A stretch of DNA of 64,000 nt from Heterodontus francisci (taxonomy: Eukaryota). Below, one piece after another: positions 24,593 to 35,871 of this stretch. The DNA lies in NCBI RefSeq assembly GCF_036365525.1, contig NC_090379.1:19254792-19318791 (forward strand), in the 5' to 3' direction. The notes under the pieces are model-generated. The model was not told where the DNA came from and made no database searches. It worked only from the letters and a program-made list of their open reading frames with translations. Positions within the stretch are counted from its first letter, which is position 1, and every line of letters begins with the position of its first letter. A program made the translations under genes and the position numbers.

Positions 24593-27351
24593 GAATGATC
24601 ATCGTATAAGGTTTAGATTAGTAATGGAGAAGAGCAAGGAACAATCTAAAGTAAAACTTCTAAATCGGAAGAGGGCTAACTTCAACGGGATGAGTAGGGA
24701 TCTAGCCAGGGTAAAACAGAACCAAAGTTTGATAGAAAAAGCTGTAATGGAATAGTGGGTGATCTTTAAGGAGGGGGTATTTCATGTACAGGCTAGGTAT
24801 ATTCCAACAAGGGAGAAAGGTAAAGAAACCAAAGCCAGGGCTCCTTAGATGACAATGGATATAGAGAATATGATGAAACAAAAAAAAGCGTGTATTACCA
24901 ATGTCGGGTCAATTCTTGAAGTGAGAACCAGACCAAATACATTAAGTTTAGAGGGGAAGTGAAGAGAAAAATATGAATGGCAAAGTGTGAATATGAGAAT
25001 AGAATGGCAGTTAACGTTCAAGGGAACCCAAAAGTTTTCTCCCGGCATGTGGGTAGTAAGAGGTGGAATGGATCCTATTAGGGAATGCTTAGAAGCACAG
25101 GGCAAGGCTAGAATACTTAATGAGTACTTCGTATCTATGTTTACTAAGGAAGATGCTGACAAAATATCACAGAAGCTAAGATGGTAGAGGTAAAGGATGG
25201 AGTGAAAATTGATAGGCAGGATGTACTTGAAAGGTCGGCTATGCTTAGAGTGGATAAGTTGCCTGGTCCGGATGACTTGCATCCCAGGTTGCTAAAGGAA
25301 GTGGGAGTGGAGATAGTGGAAGCGCTTGCCATAATCTTTCAATATTCTTTTAGATAGGGGGAGATGCCAGAGGATTGGAGAGTGGCAAATGTGACACCCT
25401 TATTCAAGAAAGGGTGTAAGGACATTCCTAGCAACTACAGGCAGTTAGGTTAACATCAGTGGTGGGTAAGGTTTTAGAAACAATAATCAGGGAAAAAAAC
25501 AAAAGACACTTGGAGAGGTTTGAGTGAATTAAGGATAGCCAGCGTGGATTTGTAAAAGGTAGACTGTGCTTGACTAATTCAATTGAATGTTTTGATGAAG
25601 TAACAGAGAAGGCTGATGAAGGGAAAACAATGGATGTTGTCTATATGGATTTTAAGAAAATGTTTGACAAGTACCACATAAAAGGCTGGTTAACAAAATT
25701 GAGGCTCATGGAATAGGAGAGTCAGTTTCAGCTTGAATAAATAATTGGCTTAAGGACAGAAAACAACAAGTCATGGTAAATGGTTGCTTTTCAGACTGGA
25801 GGATAGTAGATACTGATGTTTACCAAGGTCAGTGCTAGGACCATTTCTTTTTTTGATATATATAAATGACTTGGATATTGGAATACAGAGTAATATTGCA
25901 AAATTTGCCAATGATACCAAACTTGGAGGTGTGGTAAACAGTGAGGATGTTATCAATCAACTGTAACAGGGTATAGATAGGCTAGCAGAATGGGCAGACA
26001 AGTGGCAAATGGAATTCAATACTGACAAGTGCGAGGTGATACATTTTGGCAGAAGGGATAGGGAGAGGCAGTATAGACTTAATGGCACAGTTCTATAAAG
26101 TGTGCAGCGACAGAGGGACCCGGTGGTTTATGTGCACAGATCTTTGAAGTTGGTAGGACACCTTGAGAGAGTGGTTAGTAAAGCATATGGGATCTTGGGC
26201 TTCACAAATAGAGGCATTGAGTACCAAAGCAGTGAAGTTATGCTAAACCTTTATAAACCTCTGTTTAGGCCCCAACTAGTATACTGCGTCCAGTTCTGGT
26301 CACCACACTTCAGGGAGGATGTGAGGGCCCTTGAGAGGGTGCAGAGGAGATTTACTAGAATGGTTCCAGGGTGAGGGATTTTAGCTGCTAGGTTAGGTTG
26401 GAGAAGCTGAGGCTGTTCTCCTTGGAGCAAAGGAGTTTGAGGGGAGATTTAACAGAGCTGTGCAAGATTATGACAGGTTTAGATAAGGTAGACAAAGAAA
26501 AGCTGTTCCTATTAGCTGATGGTACAAGGACTAGGGACATAGATTTAAAGTTTTGGGCAAGAGATGCAGGGGGAATGTGAGGAAGAACTTTTTCATGCCA
26601 TGAGTGGTAATGACCTGGAACACGCTGCCTATGAGGGTAGTGAAAGCAGAGATGATCAATGATTTCAAAAGGAAATTGGATGGGCACTTGAGGAAAATAA
26701 ACTTGCAGGACTATTGGGATCAAGTGGGGGAATAGGACTGACTGGATTGCTCTACAGAGAGCCGACATGGACTTTTGGGGTGACCAGCACCCGGAGAATA
26801 TCTAAGGTCTATTGGAGCACTCTACCAGAAGAGTGAGATGTAAGTGGGTGGCTCGGTGGAACTTCGCCCCGCCATTCTTTCTGCAACAGAATCTAAGTCC
26901 TCTGCCACCCCCTTGCAAAGGGGCTGCTCTTACTATTAAAGATAACTCTTCAGGGATATTGGTCTACACTCTCCCTCCTCACCAGTTAATATATGCTCAG
27001 TGTACAGGGCCTCCAGTATTATGCTGGATGCCCTGTAGGCTGAGGGTGTGTGTACTCTCAGGATTGGGGTTACTTGCCCTCCACCCCACTCCTTCTGATA
27101 GGAGTGCCTAGGTAATGGGCAGATGGATGCTCGCTCCTTCATGTGGGGACTCCAGAAATGGATGAGACCTGTCGCAAACAAGAATGTGTCCTTTTCCAGA
27201 AAGTTCTGCCACCAGACTGCACGAGACTGGCAGAATCCTCATGGAATTTCAGCTCTTATGCATTTTCTCAGAGGAAGAAGGAGAAATAACAAAGTAAAAT
27301 GCTCCACACTACTGTCAATTGGTACAGGACAGCACCAGTACAGGACAAGGT

Positions 27352-27475
27352 GCAAGAGGAAAGTACTGCAGATGCTGGAAATAAAAACAAAATGCTAGAA
27401 ATACTCAGTAGGTCTGGCAGCATCCCTGGAGGTAGAAAGAGTGAACGTTTCAGGTCAGTGACCCTTCATCAGAAG
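27352..27475 (-). mobile_element. Short PLE pseudo-LTR insertion with hammerhead motif
   Basis: TSD aggacaaggt (27342-27351, 27476-27485). Minus strand starts CTT-CTGATGA-A-GGGTC-ACT-GACCT-GAAAC-GTT. Confidence 0.8.
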
Positions 27476-27663
27476 AGGACAAGGTAGCTCAGTTGGTTGA
27501 ATGCTGGTCTAAATTCAAACATCAACAGTTCAGTCTTTCATCATTTCCAAGCTGAGGTGTAGTATAAGGTCACTTGCTTGCTTTCCTGCCAGGAGAGGAG
27601 AATAAAAACTGCAAAATAACATTTATATCAGCTGTCCTAAATAAAACTGTGGTTTTTTTTTAG

Positions 27664-27765
27664 CATTCATGTCGGAAAAGTGAATATCTCTGACTTAACT
27701 TGGGAGCAGAAAGAGAAAGTCTTACGTCTACTCTTTGCAAAGATGAATGGATTGAAAACAAATAG
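27664..27765 (+). CDS. BBOF1: BBOF1 internal coding exon
   Basis: Acceptor tttttttttag, donor gtatgt. Encodes IHVGKVNISDLTWEQKEKVLRLLFAKMNGLKTN, with the conserved DLTWEQKEKVLRLLFAKMNG. Confidence 0.96.
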
Positions 27766-28493
27766 GTATGTTGAACTGAAAGGTGATACCTTGATCATGA
27801 ACTCCAGATCAGATTGAGCTACAAAATTCCGAAATGGTGGCCTATACAGTAACCATCAGATTGTACACTGTGGCATATGTATAGTCCACTTCAAATTGTA
27901 CCTGTCTTCACTTCCCCGATCTATTTCATTTTTCTTGTCATTTTGCTCAGTTTTTACTAGGATCATAACTTATTCTTTCATCGACAAAATACCTAATACA
28001 GCCCACTCTTAAAGTTGGGTATTCAATCTGATAATTCCATTTTTTTAGTGCTAAATTCCCATTTTACTTTGTTACTCATAGTGCTTACTTCCAACTATTG
28101 GATAATTCAAATGTTCAGTACAAATAATTTTTCTGATTTATCAGGCGTACACTCTATGCTTACGTGTTCACTATGGACATCTCTTTAAAACTGTCAATAT
28201 ATAAATATGTCCTGATGATGGCAGTGTTCTGCTCTGTTCCTAATCTGTCAAAGAATGAAGCAGTCCATGCCCATACATTGCAAGACTTGGACAACATCCA
28301 GGCTTGGGCTGCTAAGTGGTAAGAAACACTGAGCAATGTGCCAGGCAATTACCACCTCCAACAAGAGAGAGTCTCTTGAGGGGGCATGACCATTACAGAG
28401 ATCCCACCATCAGTGTTGTGTAGAAACTTTACAGCATCAGCCATGTAAAGGTTGAGGCTAATAGAGGTCAGAAGCTGGGTATTTGTGGGGAAG

Positions 28494-28848
28494 ATGGTGG
28501 CATCATGGTAATGTCACTGGGCTAGTAATCCAGAGGCCCAGGCTAATGCCCTGGGGACATGGGTTTGAATCCCACCATGGCAGCTGAAATCAATAAAAAA
28601 AATCTGGAATTAAAAAGCTAGTCTAATGGTGTGAATGAAACCACTGTCAATTGTTGTAAAAACCCATCTGGTTCACTAAGGTTCTTTAGGGAAGGAAATC
28701 GGCCATCCTTACCTGGTCTGGCCTACATGTGACTTCAGACCCACAGCAACTGGTTGACTCTTAAATGTCCTAGCATGCCACTCAGTTTCTCAAGGGCAAT
28801 TAGGGATGGGCAATAAATGTTGGCTTTGCCTCGAATGAGTAAACAAAA
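28494..28848 (+). mobile_element. tRNA-derived SINE (SlmI/MetaSINE-like core) with LINE-B tail
   Basis: A/B-box-like head (tggcatcatgg...ggtttgaatccc), core AAAACCCATCTGGTTCACTAA..CTTTAGGGAAGGAAATC, tail caagggcaattagggatgggcaataaatg. Confidence 0.7.
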
Positions 28849-29390
28849 AATCTGTAGTGAGTGGCTCACCTGACTCCCCCGACCCTTTCCACTACATACA
28901 AGGTTCAAGTCAGATGTGTGATGGTCTATGCTCCACTGACCTGAATTGGTGCAGATGCAACAATACTCAAGAAACTCAACATCATACAGGACAAAGCAGT
29001 CCTTTTTTAAAAAATTCGTTCTTGGGATGTGAGCGTCACTGGCAAAGCCAGTATTTATTGCCCATCCCCAATTGCCCTTGAGCAGGTGAGGGTGAGCTGT
29101 TTTCTTGAACTGCTTCAGTCCATTTTGTGTAGGTGCAGCCACAGTGCTCAATCAGCATTTCATCCACCAGCTTAAACAACCACCCTTCTATCAGTGGTGT
29201 ACCAAGGCTGCAATGTCTACTTCCACAGATCAAAGGAGTCATCACAACAATACTCTCCACTACTCCTGATACAATTATCTGACATAACCACCTGAATGTA
29301 AAATTATATTTGTTGCTCCACATTTCATCTGGTGTAAGAAAGGAGGAATATCTACTATATCTACAAGATGTACTGCAGCCACTCCCAAAC

Positions 29391-29922
29391 CTGTGCACAG
29401 TTTTGGTCTCCCTATCTAAGGAAAGATACACTTGAATTGCAGGTGGTACAGCAAATGTTCACTAGATTCATTCCTGGGATGAGAGGCTTGTCCTATGCTG
29501 AGAGGCTGAGTAAGTTGGACGTATACTGTCTGCAATTTAGAAGAATGAGAGGTGATCTCATTGAAAGATACAAGATTCTGAAGGAGCTGGACAGGGTAGA
29601 CAGAGGGTGTTTCACCTGGCTGGGGAATCTAGAACATTGCGGGCACAGTCTTGGGATAAGGGGTCGATCATTTAGGACTGAGATGAGGAGAAATTTCTTC
29701 ACTCACAGGGTTATGAATCTTTGGAATTCTCTACCCCAGAGGATTGTGGATGCTCCATTATTGAGTATATTCAAGGCTTTTTGATCTCTCATGGAGTTAA
29801 GGGATATGGGGAGTGGGCAGGAAACTGGAGTTGAGGCAAAAGATCTGCCATGATCGTATTGATTAGTGGAGCAGGCTCGAGGGGCCAAGTGATCTACTCA
29901 TGCTCCTATTTCTTATGTTCTT
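29391..29922 (+). mobile_element. 5'-truncated CR1 3' end
   Basis: CAQFWSPYLRKD...RRMRGDLIE...RRNFFTHRV. Tail ttcttatgttctt. Confidence 0.88.
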
Positions 29923-31354
29923 AAAACCCTTAAATGACTTTTACCACCTAAAAGAAGGGTAACAGTGCGTGGGAACACCATCACCTCTAAGTTATCCTCC
30001 AAGTCGCACATCATCCAGACTTAGACATATATCGCAGCCGTTCCTTCATAGTCAGTGGGATAAAATCCAGTAACTCCCTACCTAACCCCATTTTAAGAGC
30101 ACCTTTCCCACAAAGGCTGCAGTAGATCAAGAGCGACCCAAACCATCTTCCCTTGACATTCAACGGTATTACCATTGCTGAACCCTCCATCATCAACATC
30201 CTGGGACTCAAAGCCCTTCCATCATCTATAAGGCACAAGTCAGGAGTGTGATGGATTATTCCCCACTTGCCTGGATGAGTGCAGTTCCAACAACTCTCAA
30301 GGAGCTCAATAACATCCAGGACAAAGCAATCTGCTTTATTGGCACCTCATCCACCAGCTTAAACATTCACTCCCTCCACCACAGGTGCACTGTGGCTGGA
30401 GTATGTACCATTTATAAGATACACTGCAGCAACTTGTAGGCTCCTTAGACAGCACCTTCCAAATGTGTGTCCCAGAAGAACAAGGGCAGCAGGCACATAG
30501 GAACACCATCACCTGCAAATTCCCCTCCAAGTCACACACCATCCTGATTTGGAAGTGTATCACTGTTCTTTCACTGTTGCTGGGTCAAAATCCCAGAACT
30601 CCCTAACAGCACTGAGTGCACCTACACCAGATGAACTTCAGCAGCTCAAGAGTTGGCCCACCATCAGCTTATTAAAGGCAATTGGGGATGGGCAATAAAT
30701 GCTGGCCTCACCAGTGACATCCCTTGAATGAATAAAAAAGGCGACAGCTCACCATCTTCTCAAGGGCAACTAGGATGGGCAGTAAATGTTGGCCTTCCCA
30801 GAAATGAACACATTTAAATTTAAAAACAAAGTCACATAAGTTTATAAGTTGACAGCTTTAAAGAGCTAATCTTACTTTCTTAAAACTCCAGCAGACGGAA
30901 ATTTGTAATGGTAAAATAGATCATTTTAAACCAATCCACTAATTCCTCAGATTAAAATATATAATGATAAAATTTCACATATTGATGGTAGACAAATGCA
31001 TTGCTCACTAAACTTAAAGTTTCGATTAGATTTGGGCATATTTTGCCACAGGCGATGTTCAATTGGTGGGAAAATTACTGATCCCAAACAGGAAATTCAT
31101 TGTAATATTACAATGAAGTTGTAATGTGTTGATGCGTACAAAATGCCCCTATGTCTGTAGGTGTAGGTGGCCTTTACTTTGAAAAGAGCCAGAGATAGGG
31201 AATTTACAGTTATATATGGAGCTGGTGACCCAACTATCACTTGTTGTGGTGAGGAGTATACCATTATTGACGAACAAAAGAGAAATCCAAGTAGCACGCT
31301 ATTATAGATTCAGGCAGTGATTTTCAGAACAACCCGAGCTATATCATGTTTAAT

Positions 31355-31980
31355 CAATTTATTGGAGTTCTTTGAAGAGTAACGGGCGCTGTGGATAAAG
31401 GGGAGCCGGTTGACGTACTGTACTTGGATTTCCAGAAGGCATTTGACAAGGTGCCACATAAATGGTTATTGTGCAAGTTAGGAACTCCTGGTACAGTGGG
31501 TAACATATTAGCATGGATAGAAGATTGGCTGGCTGGCAGAAAACAAGAGAGTATGCATAAACGGGTCCTTTTCTGATTGGCAGAATGTTACGAGTGGAGT
31601 CCCGCAGGAGCCTCAACTTTTTACATTTTACATCAATGACTTAGATGAGGGGAGCGATGGCATGGTAGCTAAATTTGCAGATGACACAAAGATAGGTAGG
31701 AAAGTATGTGGTGAAGAGGACATAAGGAGGTTGCAGACCGATATAGATAGATTGAATGAGTGGGCAAAAATCTGGCAGATGAAGTAATATGTGTGAAAAT
31801 GTGAAGTTGTTCACTTTGGCAGGAAGAATAAAAAAGCAGAGTATTTCTTAAATGGGGAACGACTGCAGAATTCCGAGGTACAAAGGGATCTAGGTGTTCT
31901 AGTGCACGAGTCACAAAAGGTTAGTATGCAGTTACAGCAAGTAATAAAGAAGGCTAATGGAATGCTATCCTTTATTACGA
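31355..31980 (+). mobile_element. CR1 RT fragment
   Basis: [17 protein letters not shown] and KFADDTK. Confidence 0.88.
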
Positions 31981-32206
31981 GGGTTAGCCCTTAGCCCCAA
32001 GAATCCACCCCTGAAGGTGACTGGGGCCAGTGTGGTGGGGGGAGTGAAAAGCAGTGGCACCTGGGACTGGCAATATATGTATGAGCCGGCACACACTTGT
32101 AGGAAGCGCTTTCTGTGGTTGCGTACTAGTTGGACATTGCATTAAATGAAACCCTATTCTGTTTATGAAGGCAATTGGATGGTCCATGGGAGCCTTGATG
32201 ACCACA

Positions 32207-34084
32207 TTTTTAAAAAATTCATTTGAGGGATGTGGGCATTGCTGGCTATGCCAGCATTTATTGCCCATCCCTAATGGCCCTTGAGAAGGTGGTGATGAGC
32301 CACCTTCTTGAACCGCTGCAGTCCATATGGGCAAGTGCACCCACAGTGCTGCTATGGAGTTCCAGGATTTTGATCCAGCGACAGTCAAGGAACAGCGGTA
32401 CAGTTCCAAGTCAGGATGGTATGTGGCTTGGAGGTGAACTTACAGATGGTGACGTTCCCATGAAACTGCTGCCCTTGTCCTTCTAGGAGGTAGAGGTCAC
32501 AGGTTTGGAAGGTGCTGTCGATGGAGCCTTGCTGCAGTGTATCTTGTAGATGGTACACATTGCTGCCACTGTGTATTGGTGGTGGAGGGACTGAATGTTT
32601 GTGGATGGGGTGCCAATCAAGCAGACTGCTTTGTCCTGGATAGTGTCGAGCTTCTTGAATGTTGTTCGAGCTGCACCCATCCAAGCAACTGGAGAGTATT
32701 CCATCACACCCCTGACTTGTGCCTTGTAGATGAACAGGCTTTGGGGAGTCAGGAGGTGAGTTACTTGCCGCAGGATTCCAAGCCTGTAACCTGCTCTTGT
32801 AGCCACGGTATTTATATGGCTACTCCAGTTCAGTTTCTGATCAATGGTAGCCCCTAGGATGTTGATGGTGGGGGATTCAGCGATGGTAATGCCATTGAAC
32901 GTCAAGGGGAGATGGATAGATTCTGTCTTGTTTGAGATAATCATTGCCTGGCACTTGTGTGGCGTGAATGTTACTTGCCACTTATCAGCCCAAGCCTGGA
33001 TATTGTGCAGGTCTTGCTGCATTTCTACACTGACTACTTCAATAACTGAGGAGTCGTGAATGGTGCTGAACATTGTGCAATCATCAGCAAACATCTGATC
33101 CTCATGATTGAAGGAAGGTCATTGATGAAGCAGCTGAAGATGGTTGGGCCTAGGACACTACCCTGAGGAACTCCTGCAGTGATGTCCTGGAGCTGAGATG
33201 ATTGATCTCCACAACCATCTTCCTTTGCACTTGGTATGACTCCAACCAGCAGAGTGTTTTTCCCCGATTCCCATTGATTCCAGTTTTGCTAGGGCTCCTT
33301 GATGCCATACTCGGTCAAATGCTACCTTGATGTCAAAGGCAGTCACTCTCACCTCACCTCTTGAGTTCAGCTCTTTTGTCCATGTTTGAACCAAGGCTGT
33401 AACGAGGTCAGGAGTTGAGTGGCCCTAGCCGAACCCAAACTGAGTGTCACTGAGCAGGTAATTGCTAAGCATGTACTGCTTGATAGCACTGTCAATGACA
33501 CCTTCCATCACTTGACTGATGATCAAAAGTAGACTGATGGGACGGTAATTGGCTGGGTTGGATTTGTCCTGCTTTTTGTGTACAGGACATACCTGGGCAA
33601 TTTTTCACATTGCTGGGTGGATGCCAGTGTTGTAGCTGTACTGAAACTGAAGGCCTGCTACCCAATCCGAACCAGACAACGTGTCGCTTTCGGGTCGGGT
33701 TGGGCCCCTCTTCCAGGTCCGGCTTTTGTGTCCAGGTTGGGTCGGGCGGAGTCCAGGTCGGGCTGGACACACATGCTAAGTGCTCTGCTTGTAAGTATCG
33801 AAATTTTAAAAAAAACTTACCTGAGCTGGGAGTCCGGGACATAACAGACTGTGCAATGAGCAAGTGACATCATTATGACATCATCACGCATGCACTGCAG
33901 CTTCCTGCAGGTTCGGTGTCAGGAAGGTAAATAAAGGGATGGTTGGGTTGGGCTCGGGTCCGAGTTCTGGTCAGGTTCTTTTTCTCGACCAGAGCAGGCC
34001 TTTAACTGGAACAGCTTGGCTAGGACAGCCGCAAGTTCTGGAACATAGGTCTTCAGTACTATTGCCAGAATGTTGTCAGGGCCG
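32207..34084 (-). mobile_element. LINE family B, 5' truncated
   Basis: GPDNILAIVLK, FDIKVAFDRVWH, MFADDCT and YKAQVRGVMEYSP. Poly-A-like tail at 32207. Confidence 0.9.
33648..34004. mobile_element. hAT-type MITE
   Basis: TIRs tgaaggcctgct and agcaggccttta. 8-bp TSD actgaaac (33640-33647) and actggaac (34005-34012). TCGGG subterminal repeats. Confidence 0.85.
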
Positions 34085-35768
34085 ACATGCGTGCGGTCAA
34101 TCACACCTTTGACCTGTAGAAATCCCGCAATGGCCCCAAATCCAATGGCCTTCTCTGCCTGACTCTCAAGGTCTTTCCTTTAGTGTACATCGTCACCGAT
34201 CATCCTAAACAGAATATTAGTCGCCTCCTTGATGCAGCGTTGCACTGTGGATTGAGAGACCCCACACATGTTGCCGGTGGATCCCTGGAATGATTCAGAG
34301 GCATAAAAGTTTTGCACCATAGTAATTTTGAGGGCCACAAGCATAGGGTGACCTCCAAAACCCATTGGTTGCAAATTATCATTCAGCAGTGTGCAGAGGT
34401 GACGGCTTCTCTGGACATCCACTGTCGTCTCTGGCAGTTGCACTCAGACATCTGCAAGTATATTATCCGAGTCCTATAGACTCGCTGGTGTATCTGGGCT
34501 CTTCTTGAGCCATAGCTGCCTCTGGGGCCTACATCTGCCGGAGATGCCTCAGCATAGCAAGGGATCTAGCAAAACGGGGTGAATCATACCCATCTCTATC
34601 CTCCTCGTAATTTTGGCTTCGTTCAAAAGGTCAATTACGCCTATCTGGGCAAAGATTTGTGTTAATTTGGTTCTGCAGGATTCCGATACGAGCTCTATGG
34701 TATGGTTTGATGTTGCTTTCTCAACCTTTCAGTAAGTGTGAGCCATCATGACCATACCAATACCATTTGAATTGCCTGCACTCGACCCATCTCCTAAAAA
34801 ACCTATGTAGTTGCTGAGTTCTGCCCCCCCACCCCCAACAGTGTTCACTTTCAGAGTTCTCCCCTTCCCCCCCCCCCACCACCATAACAGTATCCACTTG
34901 CAGAGTTCCAACTTTCCTTCACATCTGCAGATTGAGTTTAGTGGCAATGTCCGATCCTTAAAAAAAAATTCACAGGATAACGCCTAACCTACGCAGGCAC
35001 CAAGGACTCTTGCCATGGTGGTGCCAGCTTTTCAAAGATGGGAAAGTGAAGGCACGAAGGTGCCGCACATCATGCAGAAGATTGCAAACACCTGGTAGGA
35101 TCGCAGCCAATTAGATACAAATGCATGCAAAACAGTAAACTACTATGATCTAAACTATGATCCCGTTGCAACATGGCAGAGATGCTGCCATGGAACCTCA
35201 CTGCCTCAGAGAAAATCGGAAACCAGCAATACAGCGTCAGGTTCCGTGGCGGATAAGTCTATGCCGATTCTCTGGTCCACCTGGCCAACAAACCCGCCTT
35301 CCAAAGGAGCATAAAATCCAGCCCTAACCTAATCAACTGCTTGCTGTGGTAACCTAATCAACTGTCTTGGCACCAACAATACTTTAGCAAATTCGGCATA
35401 ATTCTCCTGCAGCTTCTAGCTTGACACCTCTCATAAGAAATAGGAGGAGTGGGCCATTCAGCCCCTCAAGCCTGCCCCACCATTCAATAAGATCATGGCT
35501 GATCTGCCCCAGACCTTAACTCCTCTTTCGTGCCAGCTCCTCATAACCCTCAACTCCCCAATATTTCAAAAATCTATCTACCTCCTCTTTAAATACTTTC
35601 AGTGATCTAGCCTCCACAACTTTGAGGGTAGAGAATTCCAGACATTCACTACCCTCCGAGAGAAGAAATTTCTTCGCATCTCAGTTTTAAATGAGTGTCC
35701 CCTTATTCTGTAACTGTGTCCCTTAGTTCAGGATTCCCCCACTAGTGGAAACATCTTCTCAACATCTA

Positions 35769-35871
35769 GTTCTGAAAAAGGGTCACTGACCTGAAACGTT
35801 AACTCTGCTTCTCTCTCCACAGATGCTGCCAGACCTGCTGAGTATTTCCAGCATTTCTTGTTTTTATTTCT
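35769..35871 (+). mobile_element. Short PLE pseudo-LTR insertion with mutated hammerhead motif
   Basis: TSD tcaacatcta (35759-35768, 35872-35881). Reads AGTT-CTGAAAA-A-GGGTC-ACT-GACCT-GAAAC-GTT-AACT. Confidence 0.85.

Larger units (their letters stand above)
14560..26780 (+). mobile_element. Near full-length CR1 LINE split into five pieces (14560-15167, 17645-18087, 20449-20511, 23963-24352, 24593-26780)
   Basis: ORF1 SGNH esterase (GDFIVRG, VVVHIGTKDI), then APE, RT and 3' UTR in order. Host sequence is collinear across every insertion. Confidence 0.85.
28150..30800 (+). mobile_element. Cluster of LINE family B 3' fragments with nested insertions
   Basis: Repeated QDLDNIQAWA and YSPLAWMSAVPTTLKELNNIQDKA fragments, with several GGGATGGGCAATAAATG tails. 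One antisense tail lies at about 29005-29145. Confidence 0.75.
31981..35324 (-). mobile_element. Harbinger/PIF DNA transposon relic (transposase split by a LINE)
   Basis: Terminus GGGCTGGATTTT at 35324 beside TAA. Transposase reads NFYASESFQ..CGVSQSTVQRCI..AIAGF.QVKGVIDRTHV (34440-34086) and continues VIKAP..FINRIGFH..NVQLV..GWILGAKG (32206-31985). Confidence 0.8.

Noticed and set aside
33660-33990. CRISPR-like or satellite repeat (TCGGG units)
   Set aside because: These are irregular subterminal repeats inside a TIR- and TSD-bounded MITE. There is no repeat-spacer array or prokaryotic gene anywhere in the window.
34086-34443. Domesticated HARBI1 gene
   Set aside because: It has stops and frameshifts, a LINE insertion and a flanking TIR, so it is a dead transposon.
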